From an uncultured Veillonellaceae bacterium (GTDB taxonomy: Bacteria > Bacillota > Negativicutes > Veillonellales > Dialisteraceae): DNA of 64,000 nt. Below, one piece after another: positions 54,277-63,264 of the stretch (the first letter of the stretch is position 1; every line of letters begins with the position of its first letter). The notes under the pieces were generated by a model. The model was not told the DNA's origin and made no database searches. It worked only from the letters and a program-made list of their open reading frames with translations. The position numbers and the translations under genes were made by a program. The DNA is taken from the NCBI GenBank assembly GCA_949286115.1, contig CASEBK010000013.1:13677-77676 (forward strand), in the 5' to 3' direction.

Positions 54277-56853
54277 TCACTTCGTCTCCGCCCAGTTCTT
54301 CCCGGTGTGCACGTCCGCCACGAGCGGGGCTTTGAGATCCGCCGCCCCTTCCATCTCCCGGCGGAGCACCTCCGACACGGCCTCCACTTCCGATGCGACG
54401 GCCTCCACCACCAGTTCGTCGTGCACCTGGAGGAGGATGCGGCTCCGGAAGCCCCCCTCCCGGAGGGCCTTCGCCACACGGATCATGGCGATCTTCATGA
54501 TGTCCGCCGCCGTCCCCTGGATGGGCGTGTTCATGGCGGTGCGCTCGGCGAAGGACCGGCGCTGGAAATTTTTGCTCCGAATGTCCGGCAGCTCCCGCAC
54601 CCGGCCGAAGAGCGTCTCCGCCCGGCCCGTCTCACGGGCCTTCTCCACCATCTCGCCCATGAAGGCGTGGATGCGGGGATAGCGCTCGAAATACGCCGCG
54701 ATGTAGTCTGCCGCGGCCTTCCGGGAGATGCCCAGCTGCCGTGCCAGCCCGAAGTCGCTGATGCCGTAGATGATGCCGAAATTGACGGCCTTCGCGTGAG
54801 ACCGCTCTTCCGCCGTGACCTCCTCCATGGGGATGCCCAGCACTTCCGCCGCGGTCCGGCGGTGGATGTCTTCCTTCTCCCGAAACGCGCGGATGAGGCT
54901 CTCGTCGCCGGACATATGGGCCAGCACGCGGAGCTCCACCTGGGAATAGTCGGAAGAGATGAAGCAGTCATACTCCGCCCCGGGCACGAAGAGAGAACGG
55001 ATCTTTTTGCCTTCTTCCGTGCGGACGGGGATGTTCTGCAGATTCGGGTCCGAGCTGGAGAGACGCCCCGTGGCCGTCACGGTCTGGTTGAACGACGTGT
55101 GGATGCGTCCCGTCTCCGGCCGGATGAGCTGGGGCAGCGCGTCCAGATAGGTGGAAACGAGCTTCGCCAGCGTCCGGTACGTGAGGATCTCCTTCACGAA
55201 GGGATAATCCGCGGCGAGCGTCTCCAGCACGTCGGCAGCGGTGGAGTAGCCCGTCTTCGTCTTCTTCCCCGCGGGCATGCCCATCTTCTCGAAGAGGATG
55301 TGTGCCAGCTGCTTGGGCGAATTGACGTTGAAGCTCTCGCCCGCCTTTTCGTAGATGGTGCGGAGGAGCTGCCGCTCCCGACGGGCCATGTCGTCCCGCA
55401 CCTCCTGCCAGCGCACCTGATCCGTGGCGATGCCCGCTTTTTCCATCGCCGCCAGCACCGGCGCGAGCGGCGCATCGATCTCTCTGAAGAGACGGAAGAG
55501 CCCCGCCGCCTCGAGGCGCTGCCGCGCCGCACCGCAGAGGGAGACGAGGAGCCCCGCCGTGACCGCGCACCGCCCGGCGGCCGTCTCCGCTTCGTCAGGG
55601 TAGACCGGCGCCGCGCCGAAGGTCTCCGCCAGGTACGACAGGGGATACGTCACCCGCGTGGGGTCCAGAAGGTATGCCGCGATGGTCATGTCGAAGAGAG
55701 GCACCCCTTCGAGGGGGAAGCCGCTCTCCCAGAGCGCCTTGCTGTCCATGACCGCCACGGCCGCCGCCTTCGTAAGGGCCGCCGCCGCGCTCTCTGCCGT
55801 TTCCTTCGTGACCTCCCAACGCACATCGCCGCAGGCGATCACCGCCCCGTCCCAGTCGTAAAAAGGCGCCGTCCCGGTGAGGGAGAGCGCGAGCGCGCAG
55901 TCCTTCCCGCCAAGGTCCGCCGAGCCGTCCCACGGGAGGAGCTCCGCTGCAGCAGCCTTCGTTTCCTCTTTCTTCTCCGCAGCGAGCGCCTGGAACCGCG
56001 GGAGCGCCGCGAATTCTTCGGCGAGCTGCTCAAAGCCCAGCGTGTGGAAGAGAGCCCGCATCTCCTCGGCGTGCACCGGCCGGTGCATGTCCTCCAGCGG
56101 CGCCTCCACCGGCACGTCCCGCCGGATACGGGCGAGCGTCTGCGACAAGTACGCCGCGTCCTTTCCCGCGCGGATCTTCTCGCCGACCTTTCCTTTGATG
56201 CCGTCCGCCGCCGCATAGAGCGCATCCAGCGTGCCGTACTGCGAGAGGAGCTTCACCGCCGTCTTCTCACCGATGCCCGCCACGCCGGGGATGTGGTCCG
56301 ACGCGTCGCCCATGAGCGCCTTCATGTCCACCACCTGCGCGGGCGTGATGCCGTACTTCGCCTGCACCGCCTCCGGTGTCATCTCCGCCATGTCCGAGAT
56401 GCCCCGCTGGGTGAGGAAGACCGTGGTGCGGTCTGTCACGAGCTGCAGCGCGTCCCGGTCGCCGGTGATGACCTTCACCGGCAGCTCTTCTTCATAGCGC
56501 GCCGCCAGCGTCCCCAGGATATCGTCCCCCTCGAAGCCCGCCGTCTCGTACTGGGCGATGCCCATCACGCGGAGCACGTCCCGGATGAGGGCAAACTGCG
56601 GCACCAGCTCCGGCGGCGCCGGCTTCCGCGTGCCTTTGTATTCATCGTAGAGCTCCATGCGGAAGGTGTGCTTGTCCTTGTCGAAAGACACCGCCATATA
56701 CTCCGGGTCCATCGTGCGGTACACCGCAAGGAGCATCCGCAGGAAACCGTACACCGCGTTCGTATACACCCCGTCCTTCGACAGGAGCGGCAGCGCGTAG
56801 AACGCCCGGTAGAGCAGGCTGTTGCCGTCAATGATGACCAGTTCTCTCTTCAA
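54277..56853 (-). CDS. polA: DNA polymerase I
   Basis: 5'-nuclease N-terminus (KRELVIIDGNSLLYRAFYA), pol motifs DYSQVELRVLAH, RSHAKAVNFGIIYG and LQVHDELV. TTG start at 56853 lies 5 nt after AGGAGG. The 143 upstream codons in the track ORF are purine-tract read-through. Confidence 0.9.
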   Translation of the reverse strand: MKRELVIIDGNSLLYRAFYALPLLSKDGVYTNAVYGFLRMLLAVYRTMDPEYMAVSFDKDKHTFRMELYDEYKGTRKPAPPELVPQFALIRDVLRVMGIAQYETAGFEGDDILGTLAARYEEELPVKVITGDRDALQLVTDRTTVFLTQRGISDMAEMTPEAVQAKYGITPAQVVDMKALMGDASDHIPGVAGIGEKTAVKLLSQYGTLDALYAAADGIKGKVGEKIRAGKDAAYLSQTLARIRRDVPVEAPLEDMHRPVHAEEMRALFHTLGFEQLAEEFAALPRFQALAAEKKEETKAAAAELLPWDGSADLGGKDCALALSLTGTAPFYDWDGAVIACGDVRWEVTKETAESAAAALTKAAAVAVMDSKALWESGFPLEGVPLFDMTIAAYLLDPTRVTYPLSYLAETFGAAPVYPDEAETAAGRCAVTAGLLVSLCGAARQRLEAAGLFRLFREIDAPLAPVLAAMEKAGIATDQVRWQEVRDDMARRERQLLRTIYEKAGESFNVNSPKQLAHILFEKMGMPAGKKTKTGYSTAADVLETLAADYPFVKEILTYRTLAKLVSTYLDALPQLIRPETGRIHTSFNQTVTATGRLSSSDPNLQNIPVRTEEGKKIRSLFVPGAEYDCFISSDYSQVELRVLAHMSGDESLIRAFREKEDIHRRTAAEVLGIPMEEVTAEERSHAKAVNFGIIYGISDFGLARQLGISRKAAADYIAAYFERYPRIHAFMGEMVEKARETGRAETLFGRVRELPDIRSKNFQRRSFAERTAMNTPIQGTAADIMKIAMIRVAKALREGGFRSRILLQVHDELVVEAVASEVEAVSEVLRREMEGAADLKAPLVADVHTGKNWAETK

Positions 56854-57145
56854 AAGTGCCTCCTGAAAAATGCATAAATTACCTGTATTATACCATACCG
56901 CCCGCCGCCTCTGTGCCCCTCCGGGCAAAGCAGGCCGAAGGGCCCCTCCGCCCTGGAAGGAAGCGCCGCCCTTTTTGCCGCGAAAGTCCCCGCCGCCCCC
57001 GTCAGGCCCCTTTTCATTTCTCCGACCTTTTTCCTTTCTCAGACCCTTTTGCCTCCTTCCGGCGTCTCCCATTTCCTCCGCCCTTTCGCTATAATAAAAA
57101 TAGAAAGCTTTATATTTTTTATTTTCAAAGAAAGGAGTGTCTCCC

Positions 57146-57406
57146 ATGGCTGCCGTTGCAGGCATCAGCCTGGCCGTCATCATCTTCCTCTTCCTCTTCG
57201 CCGCGGGCCTCGTGCTGCTCCTGGTGAAATTCATCGGCTGCGCCGTCGCGCCCTTTCTGGGAAACATCGTCGCCGGCGGCATGCTCTACTTCTTCCTGGA
57301 CGCCTTCCACATCGTCCACATGGACTGGAGCCTCTTCGACGCTGTCGTGGTGGCCCTCTTCGGCGTGCCCGGGACCATCTTCCTCGCCGTGCTCGAACTC
57401 TTCTGA
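57146..57406 (+). CDS. bofA: BofA-like small membrane protein (pro-sigmaK processing inhibitor family)
   Basis: 86 aa with two TM segments. The C-terminal ...LFGVPGTIFLAVLELF resembles the BofA GIPG motif. ATG 57146 follows AAAGGAG. Confidence 0.5.
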   Translation: MAAVAGISLAVIIFLFLFAAGLVLLLVKFIGCAVAPFLGNIVAGGMLYFFLDAFHIVHMDWSLFDAVVVALFGVPGTIFLAVLELF

Positions 57407-57408
57407 AA

Positions 57409-57437
57409 TTGACAAACCGTCCGACGGCCGGTATAAT
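57409..57437 (+). promoter_or_regulatory. Sigma-A type promoter for rpsD
   Basis: TTGACA (57409-57414), 17 nt spacer, TATAAT (57432-57437), followed by a ~60-nt leader. Confidence 0.75.
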
Positions 57438-57500
57438 GTATAAGCTGTCTATACCAAAATCCAATTCGGACGGCACATATTTCAGAGAGGTGATATCTAA

Positions 57501-58094
57501 ATGGCAACAAACAGAAATCCCCGTTTTAAGGCATGCAGACGTTTCGGCGTAAACATTTACGGCCATTCGAAAGCGTTAAAACGGCAGCCCGCTGACGCGC
57601 GTCAGAAGAAACAGTCTGAATACGGCGCTCAGCTCGCAGAGAAACAGAAAGTCAAAGCGATGTACAACGTCCTTGAAAGACAGTTCTATCGCTATTACGA
57701 TAAAGCGAACCGCATGGAAGGCGTCACCGGCGCGAACCTGCTGTTCCTCCTCGAGACCCGCCTGGACAACCTCGTGTACCGCGCAGGTTTCGCACGCTCC
57801 ATCCGTCAGGCCCGTCAGATGGTCAACCACGGCCTCATCAACGTAGACGGCAAGCGCGTAGACATCCCGTCCTATCCGGTACGCCCGGGCCAGGTCATCT
57901 CCCTCCGCGAAGAATACCGCGCGAACGACATGTTCAAGCAGTCCTTCCAGGAACTGAAGACCTTCGACCTCCCGTACATTGAAAAGAGCTTCGACAACTG
58001 GACCGCGACCCTCACCCGCATGCCGCTCCGCGAAGAGCTCCCCTACAAAGACGAAGTCAACGAAACGTACATCGTCGAACTCTATTCCAAGTAA
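57501..58094 (+). CDS. rpsD: 30S ribosomal protein S4
   Basis: 197 aa with ...[10 protein letters not shown](V)K..Y.. and an S4 domain [25 protein letters not shown]...V(D/N)GK.V. Confidence 0.95.
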   Translation: MATNRNPRFKACRRFGVNIYGHSKALKRQPADARQKKQSEYGAQLAEKQKVKAMYNVLERQFYRYYDKANRMEGVTGANLLFLLETRLDNLVYRAGFARSIRQARQMVNHGLINVDGKRVDIPSYPVRPGQVISLREEYRANDMFKQSFQELKTFDLPYIEKSFDNWTATLTRMPLREELPYKDEVNETYIVELYSK

Positions 58095-58102
58095 TCGGAA
58101 CA

Positions 58103-58138
58103 CAAAAAAACAGGACACCTTCGGGCATCCTGTTTTTT
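58103..58138 (+). terminator. Rho-independent terminator after rpsD
   Basis: A7, CAGGA..CC-ttcg-GG..TCCTG, T7. Confidence 0.8.
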
Positions 58139-58251
58139 TGTGCCTTGTTTGACCTTCGTCGCGGGCCCCGCTTCCGTTTCCCGCATGGCCCCGCCAGGAC
58201 GCCTCGCCCAACGAAAAAAGACATGTCCGAAGACATGCCTTTTCGTTTCTG

Positions 58252-58926
58252 TCACGCTGCGGCGTTCGTGGCTGTTTTTGCATCCGCTGCCTTTTCTTCT
58301 GCAGCGGGCGTCTCTTTCCCGGCTGCGCCTGCTTCGTCTGTCGTCTCATCGGAAGCGGTCACGGGGCCTTCGAGGTTCGTGCTGCGGTCGGTGGGGACGC
58401 GGCGGTAGGGGAAGCTTTTTTTGAGGCGCTTCCACATCTCGTCCAGGATGTAGTCCGGGCGGGTGTCGGGACCTTCGAGCTCGGCGTCGAAGTAGCGGGT
58501 GCCAATGCTCTTCACATTCTCCATGCCGTCTTCCCAGTAGTAGATGACGAGCTCGGCATGGGTGACGATGACGGGATCTCTGTCGCCGAACATGGGGTAG
58601 CGGCCGTACTGATCGAATCGGACGGCCACAGGCCAGACAGCGATGTCGGCGCCCGCGGCGACGGCGGCGGCGCGCATGGCTTCGGGCCCGGCGGGACGCT
58701 CGGCGGTCTCCACGAGCCGGTAGTAGGGATAGCGGAAGATGCGGCTCATCTCCCTGTCGAGAAAGCGGGCGGCGTAGCCGTTTCGCCCGGCGGCGGGCAG
58801 GAGCAGCACCGCGCGGGTGTTGTCGAAGTAGCCGGCCTCGCGGTTGGCCGTGTCGGCGGCCGCGGCAGGCGCCGCGATGCAGAGCGCCGCGAGAAGGGCG
58901 AGACACCATTTCCAGAATGTGCGCAT
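58252..58926 (-). CDS. Hypothetical secreted protein with signal peptide and acidic Ala/Thr/Glu-rich tail
   Basis: MRTFWKWCLALLAALCIAAPAAA signal sequence. The body has no motif I recognise. Confidence 0.6.
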   Translation of the reverse strand: MRTFWKWCLALLAALCIAAPAAAADTANREAGYFDNTRAVLLLPAAGRNGYAARFLDREMSRIFRYPYYRLVETAERPAGPEAMRAAAVAAGADIAVWPVAVRFDQYGRYPMFGDRDPVIVTHAELVIYYWEDGMENVKSIGTRYFDAELEGPDTRPDYILDEMWKRLKKSFPYRRVPTDRSTNLEGPVTASDETTDEAGAAGKETPAAEEKAADAKTATNAAA

Positions 58927-59109
58927 AAGATGACCTCCTTTTCAAAAATCTCTCTGTCCTTAGTGTATCACAGGGCGGGGCGGCGCGAAAATTTCTGCGC
59001 CGGGGCCGCTTCTTTTCGACGATGGGGAAAAGTATGGTATAATAATAGAAATCTTTTATGAATAGAAAAATTTTATGTGCCATGTCACGGATTTCTTGGA
59101 GCGGTACAC

Positions 59110-60030
59110 ATGAATAATACGGACTGGAAAATTTTGATCTATCTGCGGGAAGAGCGCAGCATCAACAAGGTGGCGAAGCGCCTCTTCATGACGCAGCCTT
59201 CTCTCACGTATCGGCTGGATCAGATGGAGAAGGAGATCGGCGTGCCGCTCTTTATCCGCACGAACAAGGGGGTCCACTTCACGGACGCGGGGGACCGGCT
59301 CTATTCGTACGCAGAGAAGGAGCTCCAGCGCTACCAGGACATGAAGAATTTCGTCACACACGAGCCGAACACGATCTCCGGCGTGCTCCGCATCGGCGCG
59401 AGCCGCTCGTTCACCCAGTCTCACATGCCGACGCTCCTCAAGGGCTTCGTGGACCGCTACGCCGACATCGAGCTCTCGCTCACGACGATGGCCAGCGATC
59501 AGCTCACGAAGCTGGTGAAGAAGGAGGAGATCCAGCTGGCTATCATCCGGGGCAGCCAGGAGTGGCCGGAAATGGACATCCTCCTCGCCAATCCCCTGAT
59601 GTACCTCATCTCCGCCAAGCCCATCGATTACAAGACGCTCCCGTCGCAGCCGACGATCCGCTACCGTTCCGATCCGGGACTGGACGAGACGCGCACCCGC
59701 TGGTGGCGGCAGAACGTGGGCGACCCGCCGCAGTTCCTCCTCGCGGTGGACGACTGCCTCACCTGCGTGGAGCTAGTGAACGCGGGGCTGGGCCACTCGG
59801 TGATCCCGGCGGACCTCCTGCCCAAGTGCAGCCCGAAGGTATACCGCCAGGTGCTCCGCGACAAGGACGGCCGCCCAATCTACCGGCCCATCCACCTCAT
59901 CTGCAAGAACGCCATGACCATCTCCGCGCCGGTGGCGATGTTCATCGATTATGTGAAGCAGTACTTCCACGAGAACGGCGCGATCTCCGAGCCGGAGCGG
60001 GAAGAGGCCCCGGCGGAAGCGAACGCATAA
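59110..60030 (+). CDS. LysR-family transcriptional regulator
   Basis: N-terminal wHTH (INKVAKRLFMTQPSLTYRLDQMEKEIGVPLF.R) plus a substrate-binding domain. Start is ATG 59110. Confidence 0.88.
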   Translation: MNNTDWKILIYLREERSINKVAKRLFMTQPSLTYRLDQMEKEIGVPLFIRTNKGVHFTDAGDRLYSYAEKELQRYQDMKNFVTHEPNTISGVLRIGASRSFTQSHMPTLLKGFVDRYADIELSLTTMASDQLTKLVKKEEIQLAIIRGSQEWPEMDILLANPLMYLISAKPIDYKTLPSQPTIRYRSDPGLDETRTRWWRQNVGDPPQFLLAVDDCLTCVELVNAGLGHSVIPADLLPKCSPKVYRQVLRDKDGRPIYRPIHLICKNAMTISAPVAMFIDYVKQYFHENGAISEPEREEAPAEANA

Positions 60031-60067
60031 AAAAGAAGCATTCCCCTTTCATGAGGAATGCTTTTTT
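60030..60067. terminator. Bidirectional terminator
   Basis: A-run, AAGCATTCC (60036-60044)/GGAATGCTT (60055-63), T-run. Confidence 0.8.
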
Positions 60068-60079
60068 CGTGCGCATGTT

Positions 60080-60736
60080 TCAGCCAAATTCCCGGGGAAA
60101 CGCTTCGAGTCGGCGTTTCCGCTCCTTCCAGTCGGGGAGCCAGCGGCTCATGAGCGCGTGGAAGCGCGGGCTGTGGGACGGCTCGATGAGGTGATTCAGC
60201 TCGTGGACGACGACGGATTCGATGCACGCCACGGGCTTGGCCGCAAGGTCGAGGGAAAACGTGAGGTCCCCCGTCCGCACCTGGCAGCTCCCCCACCGGC
60301 TCCGCATGCGGCGGATGGCAAAGCCTGCGGGATGGACGCCCATGCGGGGCGCCCACTCGCCGATAAGGTCTTCGGCTACGGCGGAGAGCTCTCCCGTCCA
60401 GCACGCGGCGAAGAGCGCCGCCCGGTCTGTGCGGCTGCTCCGCACGGTCATGACCGCGTCGTCCCCTGCGATGCGACAGCCGTTTCCTGCGCCGCGGCGC
60501 ACGCGGAGCGTCACACGCCGGCCCAGCAGCCAGTGCACTTCGCCGTCCTCATAAGCAAACGACGGCGCAGGCGGGATCTTTGCGAGCGACGCCTCGATCC
60601 ATCCCGCCTTTTCTTCGAGGAAACGGCGGCAGACCGCCTCCGGCGTGCCCCGCGGCGCGGTGAGGCGCACGGCCCTGTCCCGGCCGACGCGAAGGTACAT
60701 GTGCCGCACGTCTTTATATACGATCTCTGCTTCCAT
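60080..60736 (-). CDS. YgjP-like (DUF45/M48-type) zinc metallopeptidase
   Basis: HELNHL (HExxH), ...RSRWGSC... and ...P.W.... Start is ATG 60736, one nt after the alaX stop. Confidence 0.75.
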   Translation of the reverse strand: MEAEIVYKDVRHMYLRVGRDRAVRLTAPRGTPEAVCRRFLEEKAGWIEASLAKIPPAPSFAYEDGEVHWLLGRRVTLRVRRGAGNGCRIAGDDAVMTVRSSRTDRAALFAACWTGELSAVAEDLIGEWAPRMGVHPAGFAIRRMRSRWGSCQVRTGDLTFSLDLAAKPVACIESVVVHELNHLIEPSHSPRFHALMSRWLPDWKERKRRLEAFPREFG

Positions 60737-60737
60737 A

Positions 60738-61901
60738 TCAGAGGAGCTCCCGCGCGAGCTCCGCCGCTGCCCGGCGGATGTCCGCTTCGGAAGCGGCGAA
60801 GCGCCCCTGCACAGCATCCTTTCCGCCGCCCCGGCCGGAGAGCCGCTCGTTCATCGCCTTCCCCAGAGGCCGCACGTCCCGGCTGCGTCCCATGAGGATA
60901 TATGTATAATTGCCCTCTTCCCCGGTGAGGAGAAGGCACGCCGCCGCCCGGCCCGCTTCGAGCAGCGCTTCCGCGCCCTTCCGCAGGTCCCGCGGCGCGA
61001 GGTCTTTTTCGAAGGCCACCGCCAGTCCCTCTGCGGGGAGCGTCTTTGCAAGGAGGAGGAAATAGCGCCGCTCCATGTCAGAGAGGCGCAGGCGGAGCGC
61101 CGCCGCCCCTTCCTTCTCTCTGACCAGCGCGTCCGCCGCCTGCCCCACGGGCACGGAGAGGGCCCGCGCGGCCGCTTCATCGTCGTCGTAGACCTCGTCC
61201 AGCCGCGCCATGGCCCGGCGGCCCGCCAGCATCTCCAGCCGCACGCCGCCGCGGTGGTTCATGAGCGAGAGCAGCTTCACCGCGCCGATCTCGCCTGTAC
61301 GCGCCACATGGGTGCCGCAGCACGCACAGAGGTCCGCTCCGGGGAACTCCACGAGGCGCACCGTGCCGGTGAGCTCTTTTTTGCTCCGGTAGGAAATATG
61401 ACTGAGCGCCTCCGGCGAAGGACAGGTGATGACCGTCTCCCTGTTCTCCCAGATCACCTCGTTCGCCTTCGCTTCGATGGCGAGCGCGTCCGCCCAGGTC
61501 ATGGGGCCGTTGAAGTCGATGGTCACCACGTCGCCCAGATGAAAGCCCACGTTGTCGTAGCCGAAGGTCCGATGGATGAGGCCGGAGACGATGTGCTCGC
61601 CGGAGTGCTGCTGCATATGGTCGAAGCGACGCGTCCAGTCGATCTCGCCGCGGACGGTCTCCCCCGCGGGAAGCGGCCTGTCCGTCCGGTGAAGGATGCG
61701 CCCCGTCCTACGGTGCACATCCAGCACGCGCGCCGCGCCGAGCGTCCCATGATCGGCGGGCTGTCCGCCCCCTTCGGGATAGAAGGCCGTGTCCGAGAGC
61801 ACCACGTCCCAGCCTCCTTCCGCCTTCTCGCAGGAAAGGACCTCCGCGGTGAACGTGCGGCAGTAGGGGTCGCGGTAGAACAGTTCATTCATTTCGTCCA
61901 T
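60738..61901 (-). CDS. alaX: Alanyl-tRNA editing protein (AlaX-L type: editing domain plus DHHA1-like C-terminus)
   Basis: Zinc motifs HSGEH (HxxxH) and CCGTH (CxxxH), with an N-terminal beta-barrel (TAFYPEGGGQP.D.G). Confidence 0.8.
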   Translation of the reverse strand: MDEMNELFYRDPYCRTFTAEVLSCEKAEGGWDVVLSDTAFYPEGGGQPADHGTLGAARVLDVHRRTGRILHRTDRPLPAGETVRGEIDWTRRFDHMQQHSGEHIVSGLIHRTFGYDNVGFHLGDVVTIDFNGPMTWADALAIEAKANEVIWENRETVITCPSPEALSHISYRSKKELTGTVRLVEFPGADLCACCGTHVARTGEIGAVKLLSLMNHRGGVRLEMLAGRRAMARLDEVYDDDEAAARALSVPVGQAADALVREKEGAAALRLRLSDMERRYFLLLAKTLPAEGLAVAFEKDLAPRDLRKGAEALLEAGRAAACLLLTGEEGNYTYILMGRSRDVRPLGKAMNERLSGRGGGKDAVQGRFAASEADIRRAAAELARELL

Positions 61902-61913
61902 AAGAGCTCCTTA

Positions 61914-63179
61914 TCAGCGGTCATTGTCCATGTGAAACTTGTGGAAGAGCAGGAAGACCAGCGACAGCACCATGGCCACCACGGTGGAGAGGCCCATCCC
62001 CTTGAGCTGCACCGGGCCGAGCACGAGGGTCGCCCCGGAGAGGCCGGAGATCATCGTGACGGCGCAGAGGATGAGATTCTTCGACTGGGTGAAGTCCACT
62101 TTTTTCTCGATGAGCATGCGCATGCCCGATGCGGCGATGAAGCCGAAGAGGAGGATGCACACCCCGCCCATGACCGGCGTGGGAATGGCGTGGATGAGGG
62201 CGGCGAATTTCCCGATGAACGAGAAGAGGATGGCGAAGACCGCCGCGCCCGCGATGACCCACGTGCTGTACACGCCGGTGATGGCCATGACGCCCATATT
62301 CTCCCCGTAGGTCGTGTTCGGCGTGGAGCCTGCGAAGCCGGAGAGGATGTTCGACAGGCCGTCCGCGAAGAGGGACCGGTGCAGCCCCGGGTCGCGGATG
62401 AGGTCGCGCCCGACGATGTCGCTCGTCACGAAGAGATGCCCCAGGTGCTCTGCGAAGACTACGAAGAGCGCCGGAAGGATCATCAAGATGGCCCGCAGGT
62501 CAAATTCGGGCTTGTAAAATGTGGGGAACGCGAACCACGGCGCAGCCTCCACGCCGGAGAGGTCCACCACGCCGAGGGCAAAGGACAGGAGGTACCCAGA
62601 CACCACGCCGATGAGGATGGGGATGATGCCGATGAAGCCCCGGCCGAGGACCGTGGCAAGGATGGTCACCACGAGGGTGAACGTGGAGATGATCATGGCC
62701 GTCCCGTTCGTCATCCCCTGGGCCTCTCCCATGTAGCCGGACATATTTATGGCCAGCGGCGCGAGCTCGAGGCCGATGATGGCCACGATCGCCCCCATCG
62801 CCGCCGGGGGGAAGAGCACGTCGATCCACCCGGTGCCGATCTTGTCTACGATGAGCGCCAGGATCATGAAGCAGAGGCCGAAGGCGATGAACCCGCCCTG
62901 GGCATCGCCGTAGGACATGCCCGCCGTGCCGCACACCGCCAGCACCGGTGAGATGAAGGCGAAGCTCGAGCCGAGGTACGCCGGGAGCCGCCATTTGCAG
63001 ATCCACAGGTAGAGCAGCGTGCCGATGCCGTTCATGAAGAGCGCCGTCGCCGGGTCCACATGGAGCAGGAAGGGCACGAGCACCGTGGAGCCGAACATGG
63101 CGAAAAGGTGCTGCAGGCTGAGAGGGATGGTGGGAAGGAGAGGCAGCCGCTCCTCCACGTGAATGATGCGTCTTTCCAT
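61914..63179 (-). CDS. uraA: NCS2-family nucleobase permease (uracil/xanthine permease type)
   Basis: ...LSLQHLFAMFGSTVLVP... and ...TYGEN.GV(M/L)A.T.. signatures in a multi-TM protein. ATG 63179 follows AGGAGG. The upstream part of the 584-aa track ORF is read-through. Confidence 0.85.
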   Translation of the reverse strand: MERRIIHVEERLPLLPTIPLSLQHLFAMFGSTVLVPFLLHVDPATALFMNGIGTLLYLWICKWRLPAYLGSSFAFISPVLAVCGTAGMSYGDAQGGFIAFGLCFMILALIVDKIGTGWIDVLFPPAAMGAIVAIIGLELAPLAINMSGYMGEAQGMTNGTAMIISTFTLVVTILATVLGRGFIGIIPILIGVVSGYLLSFALGVVDLSGVEAAPWFAFPTFYKPEFDLRAILMILPALFVVFAEHLGHLFVTSDIVGRDLIRDPGLHRSLFADGLSNILSGFAGSTPNTTYGENMGVMAITGVYSTWVIAGAAVFAILFSFIGKFAALIHAIPTPVMGGVCILLFGFIAASGMRMLIEKKVDFTQSKNLILCAVTMISGLSGATLVLGPVQLKGMGLSTVVAMVLSLVFLLFHKFHMDNDR

Positions 63180-63264
63180 AGGGACCTCCTGTCTATTCAA
63201 ATGGTATCGACCTATAGCATAACAAGCCTCACGGCATGCCCGATATAGAAATCGTCTATGCCCG

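Noticed and set aside
56854-57282. N-terminal extensions of track ORFs (polA to 57282, era to 18483, coaE to 54479, uraA to 63668, livF to 42283, livH to 44920, livJ to 46799, rsmD to 26722)
   Set aside because: The family-typical N-termini with good RBSs occur at internal starts. The upstream residues overlap neighbouring genes, promoters or T-box leaders.
63180-63264. PyrR-type attenuator upstream of the uracil permease gene
   Set aside because: No ARUCCAGAGAGG-like binding loop and no terminator/antiterminator pair appear in the 85-nt leader.
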